A DNA stretch of 29,205 nt, taken from IMG/VR virus record IMGVR_UViG_3300020222_000131, positions 1 through 29,205 of that record. One strand, written 5' to 3'. Both the position numbers and the translations under genes were made by a program. A model generated the notes under the pieces. The model was not told the origin of the DNA and did not search any database. It saw only the letters and a list, made by a program, of their open reading frames with translations. Of this stretch, positions 1 through 8,508 are shown piece by piece; within the stretch, counting starts at the first letter, position 1; each line of letters begins with the position of its first letter. The stretch is from a virus (lineage: Duplodnaviria; Caudoviricetes).

Positions 1-1
1 G

Positions 2-133
2 CACCTATGTGCCTGGAATTTTATCCAGCCCGTATGGGGTAAAATAAACTATGAGAATGCTATAAAAATTGTTAAAGAAAACCCAGGATTTAGGTTGGGA
101 GTACAGTTACATAAACTATTAGAATTCAAATAG
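2..133 (+). CDS. queE: 3' end of 7-carboxy-7-deazaguanine synthase QueE-like radical SAM protein (truncated by window edge)
   Basis: Manual frame +2 translation HLCAWNFIQPVWGKINYENAIKIVKENPGFRLGVQLHKLLEFK* matches the QueE C-terminal signature (xQP...NPx[WF]RL[SG]xQxHK). TAG stop at 131-133 overlaps the AGGAGG RBS of the next gene. Confidence 0.75.
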   Translation, partial: HLCAWNFIQPVWGKINYENAIKIVKENPGFRLGVQLHKLLEFK

Positions 134-141
134 GAGGAAAT

Positions 142-510
142 ATGAAAAAGATAGTTTTTACTTTTTTCTTAATTTATTTTCTAGGAGTGCCTATTGCACA
201 AGCAGAATGGGATAAATATGATACCTCTCTAATGATAACAAGTAATCTTTTACTCATTATAGACTGGAGTCAGACAAGATATATAGTTAAACACCCGGAA
301 AGGTTTAGTGAGGAGAATCCTATACTAGGTAGGCATCCTAGTATAGGTAAAGTGAATACCTATTTTATAACTAGTATTCTAGTAAATTCTGCAGTAGGTT
401 ATATCCTTCCAAATCCATATAGAAAATATTGGTTTGGGATTATTTCTGGTATTGAACTTTATACTATAGGAAAAAATATAAATTGTGGTGTAAGGTTTAA
501 CTTACCCTAA
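142..510 (+). CDS. Secreted/membrane hypothetical protein (DWxQT...ExNPILG motif)
   Basis: AGGAGG RBS, signal peptide ending AQA, several hydrophobic segments. Converges on the late operon with a 4-nt gap. Confidence 0.7.
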   Translation: MKKIVFTFFLIYFLGVPIAQAEWDKYDTSLMITSNLLLIIDWSQTRYIVKHPERFSEENPILGRHPSIGKVNTYFITSILVNSAVGYILPNPYRKYWFGIISGIELYTIGKNINCGVRFNLP

Positions 511-514
511 ATTC

Positions 515-3316
515 TTAATGCTCTTCCAGGACCTGCCTAAAGTATGGGTAATATTTTTCTACCACAGATCTCCTAGCAGCATCAGTCTTAGCATTCTTTA
601 ACTCTCTTATAATTTTACCTCTTATCTCTCTTTCATACGATTTAAGTTTATAAAAATGCTGCCTCTTAGCCTCTTCTTCCAAAACAGGTGTAATTCTCGC
701 TCCAAATTGAGCTGCTAATAATTGAGCAGGAGTCAAAGCCTTTCTTTCACCTAATTCAGCTAATCCTAAAGGTTCAAATAAGAATTCTCTAGAAGTTCTA
801 TATATATCCCTAAGGTCTGTTCCAATAATACTCGGAGCAAATTGAAGGTATGTATGATTTAACATTCTCCAAGCTTTAACCGTATCTGGTTCCCAATCAT
901 ACCAAATTGGAGCCCCTGCAAAGGTTTCATTTGCTCTTAAATTTCCTGCCCAAGTTAATACAGGGTGCTGTAAAAAGGTAAAAAGGCCTTGTGACCTTAA
1001 ATCTGCAACATCCCCAATTCCTGGAAGCATCCAGGTCCAATTAAATAACTGCAATCTACCCTGCCTATCTCTCCAAGGAATAACTGAGAAGACACCTTCC
1101 TTAATGTAATCCGGAAACTTGGTCTTTAATTCCTGCCATTCATCTGGACTCATACCTGCAGCTTTTAAACCTAAGGCTGTTAAAGCAGGAGGAACCATTG
1201 CCCATTTAAAGAATCTTACTGGATGTTTAATTGCAGTTTCAATCATTAAGGGAATAGACTTTGTTTGCCAGATAGCAAAAGGAACTATTGTCCTACTTAA
1301 ACTTCTAACAAATGGAGTTGTTTCTCCATAATTAAAAGTCCACTTAACTGCATCTAAGGCAGCTGCATCTTTAGGCATTCCAAGATATTTTGTATTATAG
1401 ATATACTTAGATAACTTTGCCCAGGATTCTTCCATCTGGTAAAGCCTAGCAAAAGGTCTAGTAATTTTGGAAAAAAGGTACTCCCCTATATCAAAAGCAT
1501 TTGCTCCATATCTTAAGGCACTTGGAAAGTGGGCCGTTTCTACATCAGAAAAAGTTGTAGAATACCCAGTCCTCTTTTGAAATTCTTTTGCAATAGGCCC
1601 TCCTTTCTTTAATTCTCTTATACCTTCCATATAAGCACTGTATGACTTTCCAGTAGGATCAAATGCAGGCATACCTCCCCAATCATTTAAAACGATATTA
1701 GAATAAATATTCCTAAAGTGAGTTGGAATCCTTAGAACAACTTTACCCATTTTCCAAGGGGCCATAAAAAACTTATTCCATATTGTAGAAGAAATACTAT
1801 CTATATGCCCTAATTCCCCAATTGCTCTAGCAGTATTCTCTTCAACCCAAAGGCCTTTAAAATGCTTATTATCTATCTGAATAAACCCAGGTTTTTTAAC
1901 CAAAGAGGTAAGCATAGGGTTATTCCTTAATTTAGGGAATAAAACTGCTTCTTCTGCTTGTCGGGCTATTTTAGGTAGAATCTCTAAAGAGTTTGCAGTT
2001 AGATTATACAAGTCTTTTGCAAAAGCCTTAGTTTCTTCTGATGTACCTGGGTGGTCTATAACCTTTTTTAACCCCACTTGAACCTGAGGTACATAAGTCA
2101 TACCCATAAACTTCTTAGGTTTAAAAGGTTCCCCAGTAAAATAGGGTTTTAACTCCTTTAGGAAAGTAGGATCCAAACCTCCATACTCTCCTTCATCAAG
2201 GGCCTTTCTAAATAACTTTTGAAGGTTGTCTCTAAGAGACATCTCTCTTATAACCTCATAAACCTCTTTCTTTTCTCTTGTAACTTGCTGCCACTCTCCA
2301 ATAACACCCATAGCCCGAGTAATCCTTTGTTTAGACTCTAAGGGAAGACTCATATATTCCTTTAATAACTCTCCTTTAGGTTCCCACTGACCTTTGGACC
2401 AAAACCAGGAAACATGGAATCTTTCCGCAGGAGTTAAGGCATTTAGTTCATCTACAAGGCCTTGGGTCATCTGCCTCATTATAGCCTGGGATTTCTCTGA
2501 CTTCCTTAAAGTGGCTGCCCCTGACCAAGGTGCTCTTGCTACCCCAGGTTGCATAAGTTCCTTTATAGACCTACCATAAATTAAGCCTTTTTCTTCTAAA
2601 GCTTTAGGAATTATTGGTATATTCGCAATCTTACCTAAAAGGTTTAATATAGGAGTTGCAAAATACTTATGATAATAAGAAGGAGATAGAAATATTTCTC
2701 CTGAAGCAGTCTTAGTAGCAACAGCTCCTACCTCACCTAATCTTTTAAGAAAATCTTTTGCCTTACCAGCAGCTGGAAATGCACTCATAAGAAGCATACC
2801 TCCAGTAAGGAGGTCAGGGATTTCTTTAGTTAGAATTTCTTCTGGAGGCTTCCTTTCAATAGCCCCTAAAGCAGCACCATAGATAGCAAAAGATAAAAGA
2901 GTAAGCCAGGGGTTAGTAGCTGACTTAGTAATCATTTGAGGAAGAATAGATAGAAATGCAGCTGCCCCTTCTTTAAGAGTTTCTTCTTCCCATTTATATT
3001 CTGAGGGCATTTTTACGCCTTGAGACAACCTAGGTATGGGGTAAGGGGCTCCATAGGTTTCTGTAGATAAAGAAGGTTTACCTTCAAAAGGCATAGTATA
3101 TAAATCACCAAAATGGGTTAACTGTTTTGCTACCTCAAAAATTTCTTGGGGAATAGCAGGTCCAGCAGGCCTTCTCCAACCTGCTTCTTGAGGAGGCTTA
3201 AGAGGAGGCATAAAAGCCTTTTTATTAACTATTTCAATAAGCCCTCCTTCTGGAGTAGGGGTTCCCATAGATTCAACAGGTACTTCTCCTATAATTTCTA
3301 AACTACCTCTAGGCAT
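515..3316 (-). CDS. Large internal virion / DNA ejection protein
   Basis: 933 aa, last gene of the virion operon, helical with hydrophobic segments. The AxxAVKWTFNYG...TIVPFAIW motif is typical of large podophage ejection/polyvalent proteins. Confidence 0.6.
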   Translation of the reverse strand: MPRGSLEIIGEVPVESMGTPTPEGGLIEIVNKKAFMPPLKPPQEAGWRRPAGPAIPQEIFEVAKQLTHFGDLYTMPFEGKPSLSTETYGAPYPIPRLSQGVKMPSEYKWEEETLKEGAAAFLSILPQMITKSATNPWLTLLSFAIYGAALGAIERKPPEEILTKEIPDLLTGGMLLMSAFPAAGKAKDFLKRLGEVGAVATKTASGEIFLSPSYYHKYFATPILNLLGKIANIPIIPKALEEKGLIYGRSIKELMQPGVARAPWSGAATLRKSEKSQAIMRQMTQGLVDELNALTPAERFHVSWFWSKGQWEPKGELLKEYMSLPLESKQRITRAMGVIGEWQQVTREKKEVYEVIREMSLRDNLQKLFRKALDEGEYGGLDPTFLKELKPYFTGEPFKPKKFMGMTYVPQVQVGLKKVIDHPGTSEETKAFAKDLYNLTANSLEILPKIARQAEEAVLFPKLRNNPMLTSLVKKPGFIQIDNKHFKGLWVEENTARAIGELGHIDSISSTIWNKFFMAPWKMGKVVLRIPTHFRNIYSNIVLNDWGGMPAFDPTGKSYSAYMEGIRELKKGGPIAKEFQKRTGYSTTFSDVETAHFPSALRYGANAFDIGEYLFSKITRPFARLYQMEESWAKLSKYIYNTKYLGMPKDAAALDAVKWTFNYGETTPFVRSLSRTIVPFAIWQTKSIPLMIETAIKHPVRFFKWAMVPPALTALGLKAAGMSPDEWQELKTKFPDYIKEGVFSVIPWRDRQGRLQLFNWTWMLPGIGDVADLRSQGLFTFLQHPVLTWAGNLRANETFAGAPIWYDWEPDTVKAWRMLNHTYLQFAPSIIGTDLRDIYRTSREFLFEPLGLAELGERKALTPAQLLAAQFGARITPVLEEEAKRQHFYKLKSYEREIRGKIIRELKNAKTDAARRSVVEKYYPYFRQVLEEH

Positions 3317-4074
3317 TATTTACCTCCTTTACCCTTTCTAGTAGGTTGAACTAGGAGTTTGTCTAAAAAATCTGATGTAGATACAGCTTTAGGTGTTGTT
3401 GAACCTTCAAGAACATCAATAACACTTTTCTCCCTAGAAAAATAAGTACTAAATTCAGGATATTTCTTACTTCTGGCATAGGATTCTAGAAACCAGACTT
3501 GGGGGTTATTGGTTGTAGGTTTACCAGTTTTCATAAGATGCTCCCAGATATCCCCTATAAGAGGCATACCTTGCATTTTCTTCCATAATGCAATTCCTTG
3601 CCTTAATACAGCAGGAGCTTCCTCAGTTCCAACTATATTAGTTATCCTGGCAGCTGCCTCCTTAATTGCTGGAGGAACTACTGAAACATCCTGACTTCTA
3701 TAAAAATTTACCCCATAACCTACATCAAAAGGTCCGCCTAAAGGCCCTCGCTTAACAACTGAAGATAAACCTTGCATAGGAGATACAGGTTCCCACATCT
3801 GAGGGTTGTCATAGAATTTCTGCCTTGCCTCTTCAATAGGAAACCTGGATACATTCCTAAACTTTTGGGTTAGATTTCTTAAAAGGCCTGTTCGCATAAT
3901 ATTTTCTCCAGGAGGTTCTAAACCAGTAAAAGCCCCAGATACCTCCTCAAAGGCTTCAGGAGGTAGTTCTTTTGCTCCAGGATACTTACCCATTATCCTA
4001 TTTAGGATTTCCATTAATTGTTTTCTAGTAGCCACTGTCCTAATCTTAATTATATTTTTTGGTAGTGGTGGCAT
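3316..4074 (-). CDS. Hypothetical protein, probable internal virion protein
   Basis: GGAGG RBS, TAATG coupling to the next gene, located within the ejection-protein cluster. Confidence 0.55.
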   Translation of the reverse strand: MPPLPKNIIKIRTVATRKQLMEILNRIMGKYPGAKELPPEAFEEVSGAFTGLEPPGENIMRTGLLRNLTQKFRNVSRFPIEEARQKFYDNPQMWEPVSPMQGLSSVVKRGPLGGPFDVGYGVNFYRSQDVSVVPPAIKEAAARITNIVGTEEAPAVLRQGIALWKKMQGMPLIGDIWEHLMKTGKPTTNNPQVWFLESYARSKKYPEFSTYFSREKSVIDVLEGSTTPKAVSTSDFLDKLLVQPTRKGKGGK

Positions 4075-4085
4075 CCTTTAACCTC

Positions 4086-5381
4086 CTATCTATATTTCCA
4101 AAGATTCTTTAAACCTTCTAATACACCTTCAAACCTGCCTCTAGGTTCCGGACTATAAATAAACCTATCCCCTTCTACCTCCTGAGGTAGATATGTATAC
4201 CTCCCAGTTTTAGTTAGAGCAGTAGCTACTCTTTGCTCCATTTCACTTAACTCAGGGGTATCAGGTAAGGCCTTAAAGAGTTTGTTTAAATTAATAAGAA
4301 GGCTATTCCTATAAGCCTCTCCAGTAGGGGTTGTATCGTTAGCTAATGCAATTAATTCTGTTACCCAGGCCCCCGCCATTTTCTCACCTGCCCCCCTAAT
4401 AAGGTCAAGCTTAGGCAGTATTACTTTTTCTGTTTGCCCAGTAACTTTATTCCTCATAGTATATTCTAGTTTTGGGATTAGCCCAACATAGGACTGGAAC
4501 AGCCCCTCTAATCTTTGCATAGCACCTTTTCTATCTTCTACACCCCCAGTCATAATATTTTTATTAAGCTCACCTGTTCCTTTATCAAAGGTTGTAGAAA
4601 AGTCCTTAAACCCCTGTGTAGCTTGTTCAGAATTCCATTTTGAAATATCAAAGTCTAATTGTCTAGACCTTAACTTATTTTGAGTTATCTGCTCATCAAG
4701 CCTTAATAAATCTATATCCGTAGTTACTTTAAACTTACCGGCTTCAAAAGCTCTTTCCCTTGCCTTTTCTTTACCTATTGTTTCTTCATACTCCCGAATT
4801 TTAAATGGGAGTTTTAGACTTTCTTGTAAACCAAAAGCCTGCAATACCTGAGCTGTTTCTTCCTCTTTAGACATAGGCCTCCAAGGCCTAGTAACACGGG
4901 TTTCACTAATAGGAGGAATCCCCGCACCCCCAATTTCTTCCCATTCTTTTGCAGTATAGCCTGTCAAAGGTTCCTGCATAACCTTTTCTTCTGTAGGCCA
5001 ACCAATCCCTGTAACCTTTTCATATAAGCCTTCTAAACCTGGACTGACCTGTCTAGATAGACCCATCATCTGTAAGGCTAAACCTAACTTTTCTCCTAGG
5101 GATTTATCTTCTCTTGAAGGTAAGGCTCCTTGAGGAGTAGTAATAACCCCATATTTATTTAATAAAGGTACAACTCTTTCTTTCCAACCTGGAGATTCAA
5201 GCATCTGCCTTTGCCCCTCAGGATCTGAGGCATACCATAAATTAGTAGCCATAGAAGCAATAACAGGCTCCCTTTGTTTTTCTAATTCCATCTCCTCCAG
5301 CATTCCTGCACCTAAACCTTGCCCAAAGAGGCTCCAGTAATTTGTCTTTCCTGGCATCTTTCCTGCCCAAATAAATGGCAT
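4086..5381 (-). CDS. Probable internal virion / ejection protein
   Basis: GGGAGGTG RBS, N-terminal GQGLGAG glycine-rich segment followed by coiled-coil E/Q/K-rich helices, position downstream of tail genes. Confidence 0.55.
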   Translation of the reverse strand: MPFIWAGKMPGKTNYWSLFGQGLGAGMLEEMELEKQREPVIASMATNLWYASDPEGQRQMLESPGWKERVVPLLNKYGVITTPQGALPSREDKSLGEKLGLALQMMGLSRQVSPGLEGLYEKVTGIGWPTEEKVMQEPLTGYTAKEWEEIGGAGIPPISETRVTRPWRPMSKEEETAQVLQAFGLQESLKLPFKIREYEETIGKEKARERAFEAGKFKVTTDIDLLRLDEQITQNKLRSRQLDFDISKWNSEQATQGFKDFSTTFDKGTGELNKNIMTGGVEDRKGAMQRLEGLFQSYVGLIPKLEYTMRNKVTGQTEKVILPKLDLIRGAGEKMAGAWVTELIALANDTTPTGEAYRNSLLINLNKLFKALPDTPELSEMEQRVATALTKTGRYTYLPQEVEGDRFIYSPEPRGRFEGVLEGLKNLWKYR

Positions 5382-5396
5382 TGTATTTCACCTCCC

Positions 5397-6194
5397 TTAT
5401 GATGAAAATAAATCCCAACCACGCATTTCATCAGTATATCCTGGAGGAATTCCCCTCCCAAATAGTTTATCCCAGATACTTGGAGTATCTTTAGATAGAC
5501 CACTCCAGAACCCTGGGGTAGACATTGACTTTCCCCATACAGGGGCCATTGTCTGCCAGAAGCTAGGGGGTTGTTGAGCATACCCTCCAACTGTAACATA
5601 GGGTTCAAGACCCATCATTTGGATTGCAGCATTCCAATAGGGACTTCCAGGACCCCCAAGGTCTTTTAGATACCTACTCCAACCTGCCTTCTGTTGTTCA
5701 ATCATGGGTTGTTGGGTTAGAAGATTAAATAAACTTTGCTGCCCAACTAGCCTTACATCTGCAATATCTTTTGCCTCCTGTCGAGCAATACCTGTAATTG
5801 CCTCACTTTCTCCTTTTGCCCGGGTCTCTCCCCAATAACCTGGGCCTGCATAGGCTTCCCTAACCTTAGGTAATCCCCACTTTTCAAATTCTGGGTAAAC
5901 AGCCTCTTTATAATAGTCACGGATAACACTTGGGTCAAAAACACCTGCAGTCTGCCTTGCCCAAGGGGCATAGTTCTGTAACCAATTTAGGTAAGCGCCT
6001 TCTTCTGCAGTAGGGAGTTGCGCTCCAGATAAACCTGTAGTTACCTTATCCAGTAGACTTTGGAATAAAGCCGTCTGCCCTGGGGTCCATCTTGCAAATT
6101 GCTGACCTTGAATCTGACCCCCTTCGCCATCCCCTCCAAAAATACCACCTAAAACAGTTCCTATTAATGGTACAAAAGGTAACACTTCTGACAA
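5397..6194 (-). CDS. Probable small ejection (pilot) protein
   Basis: TTG start with AAGGAGGTG RBS, hydrophobic Gly-rich N-terminus (PLIGTVLGGIFGG) and Q/A/G-rich body. This is the usual profile of the first ejection protein (T7 gp14 / P22 gp7 position). Confidence 0.6.
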   Translation of the reverse strand: MSEVLPFVPLIGTVLGGIFGGDGEGGQIQGQQFARWTPGQTALFQSLLDKVTTGLSGAQLPTAEEGAYLNWLQNYAPWARQTAGVFDPSVIRDYYKEAVYPEFEKWGLPKVREAYAGPGYWGETRAKGESEAITGIARQEAKDIADVRLVGQQSLFNLLTQQPMIEQQKAGWSRYLKDLGGPGSPYWNAAIQMMGLEPYVTVGGYAQQPPSFWQTMAPVWGKSMSTPGFWSGLSKDTPSIWDKLFGRGIPPGYTDEMRGWDLFSS

Positions 6195-6518
6195 CTAAAC
6201 CACCTCCTTATACATAAGATGACCTTTAAATTTATACTTGTACTTTCGCTCAAATACCCTATAATTCCTTTTAGTTATAAACGCTATACATTTACACTGA
6301 CTCGCCTTTGCAAACTTATTCACTAAATCCTCTAACTCTTTTCCTGTACCCTTCCAAAAGAGTTGGTGAAGAAAGAATATATCTCCCAGCTTTTCAAAAC
6401 TCATAAAGCCTTCATCTAAAAGAACTACTTTATCAAGGTTAATTATTTCATCATCCCCAGATTTTTTCAGGAAAGACTCTATCCAAGTATCTGGTATAGC
6501 TGCTCTTTCTGTAAGCAA
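6195..6518 (-). CDS. Putative GNAT-like virion assembly protein (T7 gp13 position)
   Basis: The segment AKASQCKCIAFITKRNYRVFERKYKYK resembles GNAT motif B, and synteny places it just before the ejection genes. Start moved from 6572 to the in-frame TTG at 6518 (AAGGGG RBS, just after the upstream stop); this start is inferred. Confidence 0.45.
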   Translation of the reverse strand: MLTERAAIPDTWIESFLKKSGDDEIINLDKVVLLDEGFMSFEKLGDIFFLHQLFWKGTGKELEDLVNKFAKASQCKCIAFITKRNYRVFERKYKYKFKGHLMYKEVV

Positions 6519-6520
6519 GC

Positions 6521-6826
6521 CTAGCCCCTTTCTAATAGTGTCCACGCTTGACCTACAACTAATGGACCCCAAGCTTTTCCTATAAGTTTTTTGAGCAAGG
6601 CTACTTCCTCAATACTTAGTTCTACTACATCACCCCCATGGATCTTATTTGCAAGCCTCCACCTTTCAAACTTCTGCTCTCCTGGTAGGTTACGCTCATC
6701 TTCATAAGAGGACATAAGAGCTATGACACTTACCTCCTTGAGGGTAGCTGACACATTACTATCTGGTGATATACAAATATCATTACCATCTAACGCTTTC
6801 AAAACTTCACTAAAATCAACCTTCAT
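6521..6826 (-). CDS. Small protein coupled to tail fibre (possible fibre assembly factor)
   Basis: ATGA overlap with the fibre gene and GGAGG RBS. The C-terminal ELSIEEVALLKKLIGKAWGPLVVGQAW motif is recalled from phage genes that follow fibres. Confidence 0.55.
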   Translation of the reverse strand: MKVDFSEVLKALDGNDICISPDSNVSATLKEVSVIALMSSYEDERNLPGEQKFERWRLANKIHGGDVVELSIEEVALLKKLIGKAWGPLVVGQAWTLLERG

Positions 6827-8508
6827 AAAACCTCCACTTTCTCTATTATCTTCTGGATTGCCCCATACATAACAGCATATATCTGGTCTGCATTAAGTGA
6901 ATAGCAATCCTCTATCTCTTCCGTTCTGCCTTCAATAGGAACCAAGGAAAAAGGTTTAACATCTACTCCCTTTGGAAAGAAATTTCTTACATCTTGTGAA
7001 ATCCAACCAAGCTTACTTCTATCTTTAACTTGGTCAACTGTATATACTTCCTCTTTCCATGTAAATCTTTTAAGAGGTAAAGTTTTAACAATCTCATAAC
7101 AACGGTCTAGGTCTGCTAACATAATGTCTTTTTTAAGTCGTTCATCTGAAACAACTGTCCATGTATTTGTCGAAGGTTTAGCAGCACTATCAGTTGAGAG
7201 TTGAAGCCAATAGGATGGGCTTGTTAAACCGATGCCGACAAGGCCCGTTGGTTTAACCACAAACTTATCCTCCAGTTCAATAAAACTGTCAGTAGAACCA
7301 GTTCCAAGGGCACCTTGCTTACTAAACAACCCTTTATGCCAGACGGCTGTTCCTGTCCGATTGATATAAATCGCTGCGGTTGATGGATTATCCATGGCTA
7401 CCAGATGAAGTCCATATTTAGAAGTTGTCGTATCCATAGAGGGTTGATCCACACCTAGATTCCTTACAGCTAGTTCAGCAGCAGTTAAATAACCATCCCC
7501 ACCTGCCACAGTAGACACTTCTGCATATAGACCCCACGCCCTACCAGTAGTTGTCGCATAAATAATCCCCCTAACATCCGCCCCTACAATGTCCCGTAAG
7601 GTTGCCCCCGAAGGGTCTGATGTCACTGCCTGAACAAGTAACCCCGCCTTTTCATAATCAGCCGTAGCACCTGTATCACCAGTAACACGTACTTGAATGT
7701 TCAATCCAAATTCGTTTGTGTTGGTATTAATATTCTTTCCAATGCGTGTAAATGATTGGTTCCAAGCAGCAACATCAAACAAAGATACTCCAGCATCAAT
7801 TATAATGTTGGTGCTATTATTAAATAATAGACTACTAGCTACCCAACTAGTCCCGCTATGGCGTAATGTTTGACCGGATGTTCCAGAAGGTAGACCAGAC
7901 TCTACACTCCAAGTAGGAACACCACCTACTGTTTTCAGTACATAGCCTTCAGAACCTTTTGCAAGTTTAGTCCAGGCAGGAGTTGAGTTAGCAACAATTA
8001 AATCACCCTGTACTGGAGAACCGACAACTGTATCAGTATGCATCGCAGACAAAAGGTTATGATTACTCCCCCCACTCTCCGCTGCCCAAATAGGTAACCC
8101 TCCCGATAACTTCAAAACCTGCCCATCTGTTCCCTTAGCAAGTTTAGTCCATTTTGGTGTAGCATTTGCATATATTATATCTCCTGCTACTGGAGAGGCT
8201 GCAATAACATCAGGGTGGGTTGCAGAAAGAAGGTTATGATTAACTGCTCCACCTGCAGCTACAGTTTTCCAAGAAGTACCAAGGTCCAAGGATAACTCCT
8301 CAGTATCAGTAGCATAGTATAATCTGTTAGGAAACCCATAACTAGGCCTATTGGCAGCTAATCCAAAGAAGGTCCAGTCATGCCAAACTCCAACAGTTCC
8401 TAAGGCTTTCATAGTCGCAATATGATTAGCTACCAGTTCCGTAAGGCTTGCAGGCTTCTCTAGTTTATCAGAACCCTGATCCAGATACCCAACTTTGCCT
8501 GTAGACAT
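6823..8508 (-). CDS. Tail fibre/spike with C-terminal intramolecular chaperone (Peptidase S74)
   Basis: VSDERLKKDI autocleavage motif near 7150, then GWISQDV...FP and a terminal coiled coil. G/T/S-rich beta body with internal repeats. Confidence 0.85.
   Translation of the reverse strand: MSTGKVGYLDQGSDKLEKPASLTELVANHIATMKALGTVGVWHDWTFFGLAANRPSYGFPNRLYYATDTEELSLDLGTSWKTVAAGGAVNHNLLSATHPDVIAASPVAGDIIYANATPKWTKLAKGTDGQVLKLSGGLPIWAAESGGSNHNLLSAMHTDTVVGSPVQGDLIVANSTPAWTKLAKGSEGYVLKTVGGVPTWSVESGLPSGTSGQTLRHSGTSWVASSLLFNNSTNIIIDAGVSLFDVAAWNQSFTRIGKNINTNTNEFGLNIQVRVTGDTGATADYEKAGLLVQAVTSDPSGATLRDIVGADVRGIIYATTTGRAWGLYAEVSTVAGGDGYLTAAELAVRNLGVDQPSMDTTTSKYGLHLVAMDNPSTAAIYINRTGTAVWHKGLFSKQGALGTGSTDSFIELEDKFVVKPTGLVGIGLTSPSYWLQLSTDSAAKPSTNTWTVVSDERLKKDIMLADLDRCYEIVKTLPLKRFTWKEEVYTVDQVKDRSKLGWISQDVRNFFPKGVDVKPFSLVPIEGRTEEIEDCYSLNADQIYAVMYGAIQKIIEKVEVL
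7888..8241 (-). repeat. Two tandem 59-aa (177-nt) repeats inside the tail fibre
   Basis: NHNLLSATHPDV..SPVAGDIIYANATPKWTKLAKGTDGQVLK..GGLPIW vs NHNLLSAMHTDT..SPVQGDLIVANSTPAWTKLAKGSEGYVLK..GGVPTW; units start at 8241 and 8064. Confidence 0.9.

Noticed and set aside
515-3316. Tape-measure protein or virion RNA polymerase
   Set aside because: No tail tube, sheath or chaperone genes are evident, nozzle/adaptor genes indicate a short tail, and no RNAP catalytic motifs were seen.
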